DNA of 63,028 nucleotides, filler included, from Chiloscyllium plagiosum (taxonomy: Eukaryota): the NCBI RefSeq assembly GCF_004010195.1. It is 3 parts of one record of this genome, joined end to end, with 100 filler letters (N's around TTAATTAATTAA, not from the genome) between each part and the next. Parts side by side here need not be neighbours in the genome. Positions count along the whole stretch, not along the records: positions 55,559 to 63,028 come from NC_057714.1; 2 more parts are not named here. The stretch is one strand, 5' to 3'. The position numbers and the translations under genes were made by a program. A model generated the notes under the pieces. The model did not search any database, was not told where the DNA came from, and worked only from the letters and a program-made list of their open reading frames with translations. Every line of letters starts with the position of its first letter. Position 1 is the first letter of the stretch. Below are positions 62,231-63,028 of this stretch, one piece after another.

Positions 62231-62864
62231 GTCACAATCCCTGTATTCTCTGAAACTCCCAGCTTCCTCAAATGTTCACCCTCTGCATCATTTCTGGGGT
62301 TGGCTCATGGGTGACAAGGAATGCCAGCAGAAGGCTAATGACCCCAGCGTGAAACCTTCAGACTGATACCAAACAGCACTCTAGTGTTGACCATGCATTC
62401 ACTAATACCATCACTGAATGGACATTTGGTCTTCTGAAGATACACTTGCATCACCTGAACCTCCAAGACAGGATTGTTTTTGCACTCGAGCTCAATGATG
62501 AAGTAAGCAATTGGAAAGGGTGAGCTGGACCAGCTACCTCTCTTCTCAGACAAGAGTGCTAGGGAACGAAAACAGAAATGGCAAGAGAAACTGAACAGGT
62601 TTGCTTGCATTTGTGGAGAGAAAGCAGAGTCAACGTTTGGATCCAGTGACCCTTCTTCAGAAAAGAGGGAAAGGGAGTCTGCTGGAGATGCTGAAGGAGC
62701 AAATGCTGATATTAAGGATACGGAAGACGCTAAGGTGGTAATGAAATGAGGCAGATCTAGTAGGGTCTAGATTTGAGGGTGAATAATTTTCCATTAACAT
62801 GTTGGCAATAAGAATTATGAACCAATATTGGAATAGAGGTGTTATTGAATTCAAGGGAATGAAA

Positions 62865-63028
62865 GCTTTGTTCTGGATTAGTGGTGCTGGAAAAGGACAG
62901 CAGTCAGGCAGCATCTGAGGAGCAGTAAAATCGACGTTTTGGGCAAAAGCCCTTCATCAGGAATACAGGCAGAGTGCCTGATGGGTGGAGAGATAAATGA
63001 GAGGAGGGTGGGGGTGGGGAAAAAGGAG
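62865..63028 (-). mobile_element. PLE family A terminus (runs off window); older related copy at ~62583-62662
   Basis: Core at 62933-62960 with GAAA changed to AAAA; second decayed CTGAAGA-A-GGGTC..GATCC-AAAC-GTT at ~62630-62660. Confidence 0.75.

Overview
Repeat-rich vertebrate genomic DNA, almost certainly an elasmobranch (shark): it carries about 10 HE1-type tRNA-derived SINEs and many CR1 LINE fragments. There are three N-gaps and no prokaryotic features. The only host-gene signal is 3-4 small + strand exons (5452-5540, 8549-8591, 8692-8746, 19962-20162) of an uncharacterised protein; from memory it resembles teleost si:ch73-345f18.3, and I could not find its later exons. The rest is mostly decayed mobile DNA: CR1, a CR1/L2-like LINE, a 5'-truncated L1, two solo LTRs, and Gypsy, PIF/Harbinger, piggyBac, possible hAT and Tigger-like relics. 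The main unannotated signal is about 20 copies of minimal type I hammerhead ribozymes from three distinct Penelope-like element (PLE) families. They occur as ~90-bp TSD-flanked mini-retroposons, as head-to-head hairpin elements, and in one 2.26-kb TSD-flanked composite (16556-18812). In that composite two co-oriented intact hammerheads bracket ~1.1 kb of older CR1 cargo, a retrozyme-like transduction unit. All calls were made by eye; no searches were run.
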